Origin: a virus
Lineage: Duplodnaviria; Caudoviricetes
DNA: 57,097 bases
Direction: 5' to 3' (one strand)
Virus record (IMG/VR): IMGVR_UViG_3300031977_001254
Span: 1 to 57,097 of that record
A program made the translations under genes and the position numbers. Of this stretch, positions 39,549-49,900 are shown piece by piece. Under the pieces are notes generated by a model. That model did not search any database and was not told the DNA's origin. It saw only the letters and a program-made list of their open reading frames with translations. How positions within the stretch are numbered: the first letter of the stretch is position 1; each line of letters opens with the position of its first letter.

Positions 39549-41207
39549 ATGTCATTCCAAATAATAAATCTAACAGACCATATCAATGCTGGTATAGACA
39601 AGATTAATGAAAACTTTGAATTGGCGAGTTGGGTAGTAGATAGTGATGCTATCGAAAATGTATTTAATAGCTACATTAACAGCGATACTATTAATAACTA
39701 TATTGACCAAAGTACATTTATTAATATAATAGACTCTGATTATATCCAGTCAATCATATTCAATACTGAAATTCAAGGACAAATAGACTCTGGTCAAATC
39801 TACGATATAATAGCCGAGACTGGAATAGTATCAAGGATTGATAGTGTTGAAGGTGGATTCATTCTACTTGCTCAAGACTTCACTAACTTGTCAACTAGCT
39901 ACAATGATCTTAATACAGGGTTATCGGCACTCGCCACAGCAAATAGTTCATTGACTGCTCAAATATCGGTACTTGATAGTGGTATTGAGGTGCTGGCTCA
40001 AGACTTAGTTGATCTTCAAGCTGAGTTTACTGGTAGTATCGATATAGACTCTGCTACTATAGTTGAAGCTGTTGGTGGCGCAATCAGTACATTAGAAACA
40101 AGAATCAATGCTAACTCAGATGAGATTAGTGTTGTATCTCAGTCAGTTACAGACTTATCTGCAGATCTATCATTACTTGATAGTAACTTAACTCCACTCA
40201 TACAAGCCAATGCAACTGCTATATCAAACCTTGTTGCTGCAGCTTCAGCCACTGATAGTGGAATTGAAGTCTTATCTGGTCGCTTTGATAGCTTCCAAGT
40301 ATCTCTACAGCAAGCTCTTGACAGCGGATTAGAAGTTAATCCAGAAGATGTCGCGAATGCGGTTGGCGGTATTACAGATGACCTATATGCTCGAATACAT
40401 GCTAACAGTGATTCGATCACCGTAGTAACAGCAGACATCACTACACTAAATTCAAAACTAACATTGCTCGACAGTAATGGCGCATTGTTTGATGTCATTG
40501 CGACAGCTGATCAAACATTACGATCTGAAGTAATCAGACGTGACTCGGATAACCTAGTCCAAGCTATCTCAGAATTCAATACTGCATTAGAATCTTATAT
40601 AGATGAAGATGCTTTATCAACAGCTGATCAAAACCTTCGTACATATGTAAGACAACAAGATTCAGACAACCTAGTCCAAGCTATCTCAGAATTCAATACT
40701 GCACTTAGCTCATATGTAACAGGAGCTGCTGCAGCAACAGCCGATCAAGCTCTCCGTACATTTGTCACTCAAGGAGATACTGCGACATTAGCCAGCGCTA
40801 GATCAGAATTCACAACAGCATTATCAACATATGTAGATTCGGCTCAGTTCGCCACGGCAACAGAAGAACTCTACACTGCCATCGGAGAAGCTGGCACAGA
40901 AGTAGGCTATACACTAAACCTAAATGCTAACAACCATGTTGCTGGTATTGAGTTTAATAATGACGGCGCGACTGCTGATATGGTTATCATTGCTGATAAG
41001 TTTGGTATCGTGAACGCATCAAATAATGCTGTTAAGCCATTCACAGTAGATGGCGACCAAGTATTACTCTCAAATGCTACTGTTACTGGACAGCTAAATA
41101 TAAGCTCTACTGGTAATAATGGTTCTATGACGATGACTAATGATGTAATGAATATTTTTGATGGGTCGGGTAACTTACGTGTTAAGTTTGGTCGACTTAC
41201 AGCATAA
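39549..41207 (+). CDS. Second coiled-coil tail fibre (552 aa), paralog of 26518-32631
   Basis: KINENF near N-terminus; heptads; C-terminal L.AN..VAG, ADKF, PFTV, ATVTGQL, GN.RVK.G shared with the long fibre. Confidence 0.75.
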   Translation: MSFQIINLTDHINAGIDKINENFELASWVVDSDAIENVFNSYINSDTINNYIDQSTFINIIDSDYIQSIIFNTEIQGQIDSGQIYDIIAETGIVSRIDSVEGGFILLAQDFTNLSTSYNDLNTGLSALATANSSLTAQISVLDSGIEVLAQDLVDLQAEFTGSIDIDSATIVEAVGGAISTLETRINANSDEISVVSQSVTDLSADLSLLDSNLTPLIQANATAISNLVAAASATDSGIEVLSGRFDSFQVSLQQALDSGLEVNPEDVANAVGGITDDLYARIHANSDSITVVTADITTLNSKLTLLDSNGALFDVIATADQTLRSEVIRRDSDNLVQAISEFNTALESYIDEDALSTADQNLRTYVRQQDSDNLVQAISEFNTALSSYVTGAAAATADQALRTFVTQGDTATLASARSEFTTALSTYVDSAQFATATEELYTAIGEAGTEVGYTLNLNANNHVAGIEFNNDGATADMVIIADKFGIVNASNNAVKPFTVDGDQVLLSNATVTGQLNISSTGNNGSMTMTNDVMNIFDGSGNLRVKFGRLTA

Positions 41208-41217
41208 GGATTAAATA

Positions 41218-41688
41218 ATGGCTGATTATACTTTATCATATACAAGGACATTATCATTTGCTGGTAATTATGTTGCCGTAACTTCTTCTCGGGATTATAC
41301 CAGATATCGCGACAGTACATTTTCGCAAGGTTTTACAACAAGCTATGACGGCACGTATTCAAGGGATTATATAGGAAACTATTCAAGGGATTATACAGGC
41401 TATTATAGCAGATCCTTTTCGCGTACAAGAATAGAATCATATGCGGGCGATAGAACACAGAACTTTACTGCTGTCAGAACATCTGTAACAAGTACAAGAT
41501 TCGACGAAGATTACTTTAGTAGAACGCTAAACTATACTACTTATTATTCAAGAGCTAGAGCACAGAACTTCCTAAGAGATTATACCGCATTTTATGGCGG
41601 TTCATACACACGTGTTTGTACTCGTTCATCTGAAGTTGTTACTTGTACAGTGTTTGTTGGCGCGCCACCAGGATTCCAGGAGAACTAA
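41218..41688 (+). CDS. Tyr/Thr/Arg tetrapeptide-repeat protein (156 aa)
   Basis: YSRD/YIGN/YTGY units; AAGGA SD. Confidence 0.75.
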   Translation: MADYTLSYTRTLSFAGNYVAVTSSRDYTRYRDSTFSQGFTTSYDGTYSRDYIGNYSRDYTGYYSRSFSRTRIESYAGDRTQNFTAVRTSVTSTRFDEDYFSRTLNYTTYYSRARAQNFLRDYTAFYGGSYTRVCTRSSEVVTCTVFVGAPPGFQEN

Positions 41689-42473
41689 TGCCAACTTACG
41701 ATTATACAACCACTCAATATTTTTCCAGAACTATAACACGTGCTGGTGGAACATCAGCTGATTTTACTGGGTTTAGTAGAACTGGATACTTTTCAAGATA
41801 CCGCCCTGAAGTCACGAGTACTCGTATTGGTACATACGCCCGAAGTTATTATAATCCCCAAGGCGAACCAAATATATTATTCTACGCTACCTCATACACC
41901 GGAGATTTCGTAGGTAATTTTACTCGAACTACATATGGATACTTTAGTAGAACATCTGTTGAAGATTATACTGGATATTATTCTAGAGCCTTTATCGGGA
42001 ATTACTCTAGAGATTTTGTAGGCACATATTCTAGATCTTCGACTGGAGTCTTTACTGGAACATTCACAAGATCGTATAGCAGAAACTTTACTAGAGATTA
42101 TACAATAACATCTACCAGAACAAGTACATACACACGTACAATATCAGGTGGTTCTGGGGAAGCTCCTACATATACAGCATCGTCAGGTTCTGATGCTGAA
42201 TACGGATTAGTTGTATATGGTCCAGATGGTACTACAGAAATAATTAATCCTACAACGCGAGTTATTAATTTGGCATTCTACGGAACTGTTGCGGTTAACG
42301 CTAACTCATCAGCTACCGTAACAATCGAAGATGTTGGTGATCCTAGTAAAGTCACAGTATCCTTAGTTGTATTCTATGAGGGTATTAATTTAACAACATC
42401 GGGCAATACGTTGACAGTTACTAATACTAGAAATTACAATGTTAGTCCTACCTTAATTGCGATAAGGATTTAG
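41688..42473 (+). CDS. Tyr/Thr/Arg tetrapeptide-repeat protein with C-terminal tail-tip-like beta domain
   Basis: TAATG overlap and AGGAGA SD place the start at 41688; YGLVVY..DG domain. Confidence 0.75.
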   Translation: MPTYDYTTTQYFSRTITRAGGTSADFTGFSRTGYFSRYRPEVTSTRIGTYARSYYNPQGEPNILFYATSYTGDFVGNFTRTTYGYFSRTSVEDYTGYYSRAFIGNYSRDFVGTYSRSSTGVFTGTFTRSYSRNFTRDYTITSTRTSTYTRTISGGSGEAPTYTASSGSDAEYGLVVYGPDGTTEIINPTTRVINLAFYGTVAVNANSSATVTIEDVGDPSKVTVSLVVFYEGINLTTSGNTLTVTNTRNYNVSPTLIAIRI

Positions 42474-42476
42474 AAA

Positions 42477-43220
42477 ATGAGTTACGGATTACAGGTTCAA
42501 TCATATGATAGTGGTGGCAATGTCATCACTCAAATTGATACAGAAAAAGGTTACGTCCAGTATGTAGTAACTCACATTGGAACAGGAAGTTCTGTAAATG
42601 TGACAGGCATTAGCCCAAGAGCTAAAATATTGGTGAAGCCATTACTTAATACTGCTGGAACAGGATATGCTGCTGTACAAACATTTACTGGCGGTGCATT
42701 AGGTGACTATCCTTTATGCATAAAAGCTGGAACTAGAAATGGTCCAACTTTGAAGTTCGTTACCAGTGATTCTGGTGCATACTATGGCGATGGTATGGCT
42801 TGGAATGATGCATTTAATCCTGTTGCTTGTAACTACATGATAATTCAAGATGTTACTGATGTCACTCCAACAGGCGACTATGGATTACAAACATTAACTG
42901 CAGCTGGTGCTAGTTCATTTGATTCGCGTAAAATAAAATATAATACTAAAGTGACTATCAATTCAATTATACCAGCTAGATCAGTGGGTGGAGCAGGCAA
43001 CGCTTCTGACCAGATAAGTAACAATCTAAATAATTATATTGATATGAGTGGTTCGTTCTGGGACACGTTAGGTAGTTATAGTGGACTACGAGTAATAGCT
43101 GATACTACATCAGTAAGATACGTTCATCAATATCAAAATGAACCATCACCAACAGAAAATTTTAATCCGATATACTATTATGATAATTATGGTACTATCT
43201 GGATTGCAGGAATATCTTAA
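42477..43220 (+). CDS. Tail-tip/fibre-associated beta protein
   Basis: Two YGLQ modules (MSYGLQV, GDYGLQT...FDS). Confidence 0.6.
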   Translation: MSYGLQVQSYDSGGNVITQIDTEKGYVQYVVTHIGTGSSVNVTGISPRAKILVKPLLNTAGTGYAAVQTFTGGALGDYPLCIKAGTRNGPTLKFVTSDSGAYYGDGMAWNDAFNPVACNYMIIQDVTDVTPTGDYGLQTLTAAGASSFDSRKIKYNTKVTINSIIPARSVGGAGNASDQISNNLNNYIDMSGSFWDTLGSYSGLRVIADTTSVRYVHQYQNEPSPTENFNPIYYYDNYGTIWIAGIS

Positions 43221-43237
43221 TTAGAGGAAATGATAAA

Positions 43238-43708
43238 ATGAGTAAAGTAGTAAAATATGTGGCTACTATTGAGGAAAGTACAGGTCGCATTATGAATGTA
43301 GAATTTCCTCAAGCAACATTAAAGCCAGAAGGTACAACGGATGGGATGACGGTAATCCATATTACTGAAGATAACATGCCAGAAGGGTTCATGAACATTG
43401 GGTGGAATCCAATGCTTCACTTTTGGGATGGTGAGACATTCATTCACGTAGGTACACCGCCTAATCGTCACGCTATATATAATGGTACAGATTGGGAATG
43501 GGATCAAGAGTTATTGGTGAGTGATGTTAGAACACATCGTGACCGTTTACTAGCTCAAAGCGATTGGACTCAAATGCCAGACGCTCCATTCACAGAAGAA
43601 GAAAAGACTGCTTGGCAAGCATATCGTCAAGAACTCAGAGACTTTATGTCTAGTCTACCAAATGAATTTGATTCTGTGCAATCATTATCATGGCCAATTC
43701 AACCATAG
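43238..43708 (+). CDS. Tail fibre assembly chaperone
   Basis: R..RDRLLAQSDWTQ.PD.P......W..YRQELRD...WP..P. Confidence 0.85.
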   Translation: MSKVVKYVATIEESTGRIMNVEFPQATLKPEGTTDGMTVIHITEDNMPEGFMNIGWNPMLHFWDGETFIHVGTPPNRHAIYNGTDWEWDQELLVSDVRTHRDRLLAQSDWTQMPDAPFTEEEKTAWQAYRQELRDFMSSLPNEFDSVQSLSWPIQP

Positions 43709-43718
43709 TATCTGAACA

Positions 43719-43738
43719 AGGGAGTCTCTGTACTCCCT
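43719..43738. terminator. Stem-loop after fibre operon
   Basis: AGGGAGT-ctctgt-ACTCCCT. Confidence 0.6.
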
Positions 43739-43764
43739 ATTCTCTTTCCCCTTTCTACAAGAAT

Positions 43765-43835
43765 ATTATATACTATAAATTCAATTTAGTCAAGTTATTT
43801 TTTACCTTTACTTTACATCCTAAATAAGTTATACT
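43765..43835. promoter_or_regulatory. Divergent sigma70-like promoters
   Basis: Minus: TTGACT(43793-43788)-17-TATAAT(43770-43765); plus: TTTACT(43807-43812)-17-TATACT(43830-43835). Confidence 0.55.
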
Positions 43836-43894
43836 ATCAGGTGTGTGTGTTAAAGCATTCACTGATTTTTGATATCCCTACTGGGTAAAATTTA

Positions 43895-43902
43895 TATAAA
43901 TA
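43895..43902 (+). promoter_or_regulatory. Late promoter
   Basis: TATAAATA upstream of the 2059-aa gene. Confidence 0.75.
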
Positions 43903-43941
43903 AACGCATCCTATTAACTTTTAAAAAAGAGAGCGATTAAA

Positions 43942-46900
43942 GTGTCAGCATCTAGTATCCCATTAAAAATACTAAATTCAGATGGTGACCTGAGGGAATT
44001 CACGCCAATAGAAGAAAACTATTTGGCGTATGCAGTCGGACAAGCATTATTGACACCAGATACTGGCTCATTAACTCTTGATCCTAGTGGCGTTGCGGTT
44101 GGTTCATATGTTGATACATATTTCAACGAATCACCTGGAACTCACCCTGCTAGTCAGATCACATCTGGATCAACTACTACGACCTTGCGTCAAGTGGCTG
44201 GACCAGCAAGTGAATCTGGTCAGAATATTCCTGTAGGTTACTACGAACAAGACCCAAATCCAGGCTTCTACGAAATGGTAGACGCGGATTTAACTAATCT
44301 CGCTAAACGTGTATTGGGTAATATGGTCGAAAATGACTATATTGGAACATACAGATTAGCATCTTCTTCTCCAGGTTCTGATTATTCTATTCACATTTCT
44401 AATGTGTTTTCAGATACCCGTGGCGACGGAGCATCAACTAACTATCACATCTATGTCCGTAATTCAATGGCATCTGTTGCAGCAACTCGTCCTGTTCGTA
44501 TTCGTTATGACGGTTCAAGCTTCGACGGCTTCCAAGAAATGACAGACGCTGAGATCCAACAAGTATTGGGTCAACGCATTAAAACATTAAGAGCAAGTGC
44601 AGGCGAGATTGGTTCATACCAGTTACGTTCTTCAGCACAAGGTGCTCCAATCGGTGGTGGTGTATGGAGAGCAGTTGGTACAGCTTTTAATACAAAATTA
44701 ACAACAGCACAGATTGACTATACTCGCACACGTAACTCTGCTTATGTTCAGACTCGCGTGTCGGCATATACTCGTAACCGTATTTCAACTTTTGTTGGTA
44801 CATACTCAAGAACAACAAGCAATGTATTCGCAGGTAACTACATTGGAAACTACTCACGTGGTTTTACTGGTAACTACTCACGTGGTTTTGCTGGTGAATA
44901 CACTGGTGATTTCATTGGCGTATATTCTCGTCTACGTTCTTCTGCATATTCTGCAAACTATACTCGCGAAAGAATTTCAACATATACTGGAACTTATTCA
45001 CGTACTCGTGTAAGCACATACGTTGGTAACTATGCTCGCGCATTTGCTGGCGAATACACTCGTGGGTTTGCTGGTAACTATACTGGTGAGTTTACTCGTA
45101 CTCGTATAAGCTCTTATGTTGGTGTATATGCGCGTACACGTACATCTACTTACTCAGGTAACTACTCAAGAAACTTTGCGGGCAACTATTCTCGTGGATT
45201 TACTGGTGAATACTCTCGTGCATATACTCGCGAACGTATCTCATCATACACAGGAACCTATTCGCGCACTCGTGTAAGTACATATGCTGGTAACTATTCT
45301 CGTGGATTTGCTGGCAACTATAGCCGTGGATTTGCTGGTAACTATAGCCGTGCATTTACTCGTAGCCGTGTATCAGCTTATGCTGGAACATATTCTAGAG
45401 ATCGTGTAAGTACATATGCTGGCAACTACGCTCGCAACTTTATAGGTAATTACTCACGTGCATTTGCTGGTAACTATAGCCGTGCATTTACTCGTGGTCG
45501 TGTTTCTACGTTTACTGGAACATATTCACGTACACGTAATTCATCTTATGCTGGTACTTACTCTCGTGGATTCACAGGCAACTACAGCCGTGCGTTCGGC
45601 GGTAACTATGCTCGTGCGTTTACACGTGGTCGCGTTTCTACCTTTACTGGTGAATATGCTCGTACTCGTAACTCAGCTTACTCAGGTACATATGCCCGTG
45701 GATTCGTAGGTAACTATGCTCGTGGATTCGTTGGTAACTACGCTCGTGCGTATACTCGTGGTCGTGTTTCTACTTTCAGTGGTACATATTCACGTACTCG
45801 CCCATCTAGCTACTCTGCAGACTACACGCGTAATCGTGTAAGCACATATGCTGGTACTTACTCACGTAACCGCGTTTCAGTTTATTCACGTAACCGTGTT
45901 TCTGCTTATGCAGGTACATATGCTCGTAACCGTGTAAGCTCTTATGCTGGTACATATTCACGTAACCGTGTATCATCTTACGCTGGTACTTACGTTAGAA
46001 CTCGTTCAAGCGCATACTCGCGCGTTCGCTTAACTGCGTTTGCTGCTGATTACACAGGCGTTTATACTCGTGCTCGCGCTTCAGTTTATACTCGTGCTCG
46101 TGTAAGTTCATACGCTGCTGATTACACAGGCGTTTACTCACGTAACCGTGTAAGCACATACGCCCGTACTCGTACTTCTGCTTATGCTGCTGACTACACT
46201 GGCACATATTCACGTAATCGTGTAAGTACATATGCTCGTACTCGTAGCTCTGCTTATGCTGGTACATATACAGGCGTTTATTCACGCAACCGTGTATCAA
46301 CATACTCGCGTGCTCGTACATCAGCTTATGCTCGTGACCGTGTAACGAACTTTGCTGGTAACTTTATCGGTAACTATTCACGTGGGTTTGCTGGTAACTA
46401 TTCTCGTGGATTCGTTGGTAACTATTCTCGTGGGTTTGCTGGTAACTATATCGGTAACTATGCAAGAACAAGTACTCGTACTTCTACGCGTGGTCGTGTT
46501 TCATCTTACGCTCGTACTCGTGTTACTAACTATGTTGGCGACTTTACTAGAAACAGACTTGTAACATATACTGGCGATTTCATCGGTAATTATGCAACTA
46601 CATTTACTGGTGACTTCGTAGGCAACTATGCTCGTAACTATGTTGGCGATTTTGCTGGTAACTTTACTGGTAATTATGCAACTACGTTTACTGGCGACTT
46701 TGTTGGTAACTATGCTCGTGGATACGCAGGCAACTATGCTGGTAACTTTGTTGGCGAATATGCCCGTACACGCGTTACTGACTATGCTGGCGATTTCGTA
46801 GGTAACTATGCAACTACATTTACTGGTGACTTCGTAGGTAACTATGCTCGTGGATATGCTGGTAACTTTGCTGGTAACTTTGTTGGTGAATATGCTCGTA

Positions 46901-49900
46901 CACGTGTTACTAACTCAACACGTACTTCTACTCGTACACTAGCTTATACTCGTACATTGTATTACACTGGTAACTATGCTCGCGCATTTGCTCGTACACG
47001 TGTTACTAACTATACAACTACACCTTCATACAGCCGTACTCGTGTAACAAACTATACAACCTCACCTTCGTATAGCCGTGAGCGTCCTTATTACCCAACG
47101 TACTCACGTGAACGTGGTTTCTACTACACTGGCAACTACTCACGCACATTGTATTATGCTGGCAACTATGCTCGTACATTGTATTACACAGGTAATTACG
47201 CTCGTACATTGTATTACACTGGCAACTATGCTCGTACATTGTATTACACAGGTAATTACGCTCGTACAGTTTACTATACTGGTAACTATGCTCGTACAGG
47301 TTATTATGCTGGTAACTATACTCGTCCGATAACTTCGACTAGAACTTCAACGAGAGTCTCTACTCGATATGGACCACCAATGGGTCCAGATCCAGGTGAT
47401 ATTGAGTTCTATACTAGCTACTATACTGGTAACTTCGTTGGAACTGGATATTATACGCGTACTTCAACTCGTTCATTAGTATACACTCGTGCACGCGGTA
47501 TTACTCCATCATATTCTCGTGACCGTGCTTACTATCCATCATATGCTCGTGACCGTGCTTACTATCCATCATATGCTCGTGACCGTGCTTACTATCCAGC
47601 ATATACTCGTAACCGCCCATACTACCCATCGTATGCTCGTGACCGTTTAAGCTACTATACTGGTAACTATGCGCGTACTTACTACTATACTGGTAACTAT
47701 GCTCGTACATTAGTATATACTGGTGACTTCGTAGGTAACTATGCTCGTACGAATGTCTATACTGGCGACTTCGTTGGTAACTATGCTCGCGCATACGCTG
47801 CTGATTATACTCGTACAGGTTATTATACTCGTACAGGTTACTACACTGGTGACTTCGTAGGCGACTTCGTAGGTAACTACGCTCGTACTTCAACGCGTAC
47901 ATCTACACGTACTCGTTACAGTGCATACGCTCGTACTCGTATCACAAACTATGTTGGTGACTTTACGCGTAACCGTGTAACAAACTTTGCTGGTAACTTC
48001 GTTGGTAACTACGCAAGAACTTCTACTAGAACTTCTACACGTACTCGTTACAGTGCATACGCTCGTACTCGTATCACAAACTATGTTGGTGACTTTACTC
48101 GAGTTTCTACACGTAACTCTACCCGTAATCGTTATAGCGCTTATGCTCGTACTCGTATTACCAACTATGTTGGTGACTTCACGCGCAACCGTACAGCAGG
48201 CTATGTTGGTGACTTTGTTGGTAACTATGCGACTACATTCGCAGGTAACTTCGTCGGTAACTATGCTAGAACGTTTGCTGGTGAATATGCAGGTAACTTT
48301 GTTGGCGAATACGCTCGTACTTCTACTCGTACTCGTTACAGCGCTTATGTCCGTACTCGTGTTTCAGCTTATGCTCGCAACCGTGTCTCAACATATGCTC
48401 GTGATCGTGTAACTAACTTTGCTGGCAACTTCGTAGGAAACTACGCAAGAACATTCACTGGTAACTATGCTCGTGGATTCGCTGGTGAGTACACTGGTAA
48501 CTACGTCGGCAACTATGCTCGCAACTATGTTGGTAACTATGCTCGTGGATTCTCTGGTCAGTATGTTGGTAACTACGTTGGCAACTATGCGCGCAACTAT
48601 GTTGGTAACTATGCTCGCGGTTTCTCTGGTCAATACACTGGTAACTACGTCGGCAACTATGCTCGTACATTCGGCGGTAACTACGCAAGAACATTTGCTG
48701 GTAATTACACTGGTAACTATGTCGGTAACTACACTGGCGACTTTACTGGTAACTATAGCCGTGGATTCGTAGGTGAGTACACTGGTACTTACTCAAGAGG
48801 ATTCTCTGGTCAGTATGCTGGCACATATAACCGTACATTTGTCGGTGAATACACTGGTACTTACTCTCGTGGATTCTCTGGTCAGTATACCCGTGGATTC
48901 TCTGGTCAATACGTAGGTAACTATGCTCGTGGATTTGCTGGTAACTATGTTGGTAACTATTCACGTAACTTCGTCGGTGAGTACACAGGCGCTTATGCTA
49001 CCACTTATACTGGTAACTATGCTCGTGGCTTTACTCGTACTCGTGTAAGTTCTTATGCTCGCACACGTACTTCGACATATGCTGGTAACTATTCACGTAA
49101 CTTTGCTGGCGAATATACTGGTGCGTATGCAACTACATACACTGGTAATTATTCTCGCAACTATACACGTTCACGCGTTTCTGCTTACGCTCGAGTTCGT
49201 TCTTCTGCTTACGCAGGTAACTACTCTCGTGACTTTGTAGGTGAATACACTGGTACATATGCGACAACATATACTGGCAACTACTCTCGCAACTATACAC
49301 GTTCACGTGTTTCTGCTTATGCTCGAGTTCGTCCGTCAACATATGCTGGTAACTATGCTAGAACGTTTACTGGTGAATACACTGGTACATATAACCGTGC
49401 CTTTGCTGGTAACTACTCACGTAATTACTCACGTAACCGCGTATCTGTATATGCTCGCACTCGTGTTTCTGCTTATGCAGGTACATATGCTCGTAACTTT
49501 GTAGGTGAATACACTGGTACTTACTCTCGCGGATTCGCAGGTAACTACTCACGTGACTTCACTCGCTTACGTATGTCAACTTACACTCGTTCACGTCCAT
49601 CTGCTTATGCAGGTACATATGCTCGTAACTTTGTAGGTGAATACACTGGTTACTATAGCCGTGGGTTTGCTGGTAACTATTCGCGTGACTTTACACGTAA
49701 CCGTATCAGCACATACTCACGTACTCGTTTCTCAACATATGCTGGCAACTATGCTCGCAACTTTGCTGGCGAATACACTGGAACTTATTCTCGTGGCTTC
49801 GCAGGTGATTATGTTGGTAACTATAGTCGTGGTTTTGCTGGTGAATATACTGGTAACTACACAAGCGTGTTCTCACGTACTCGTGTAAGTGCATATTCTC

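Noticed and set aside
26518-43708. Diversity-generating retroelement or invertase-based fibre switching
   Set aside because: No reverse transcriptase or recombinase gene, and I saw no template/variable repeat pair differing only at adenines; the paralogous fibre C-termini differ at all base types.
47140-47650. CRISPR-like array suggested by 30-bp and 60-bp repeats
   Set aside because: Repeats are contiguous, in frame, lack unique spacers, and no cas genes are present.
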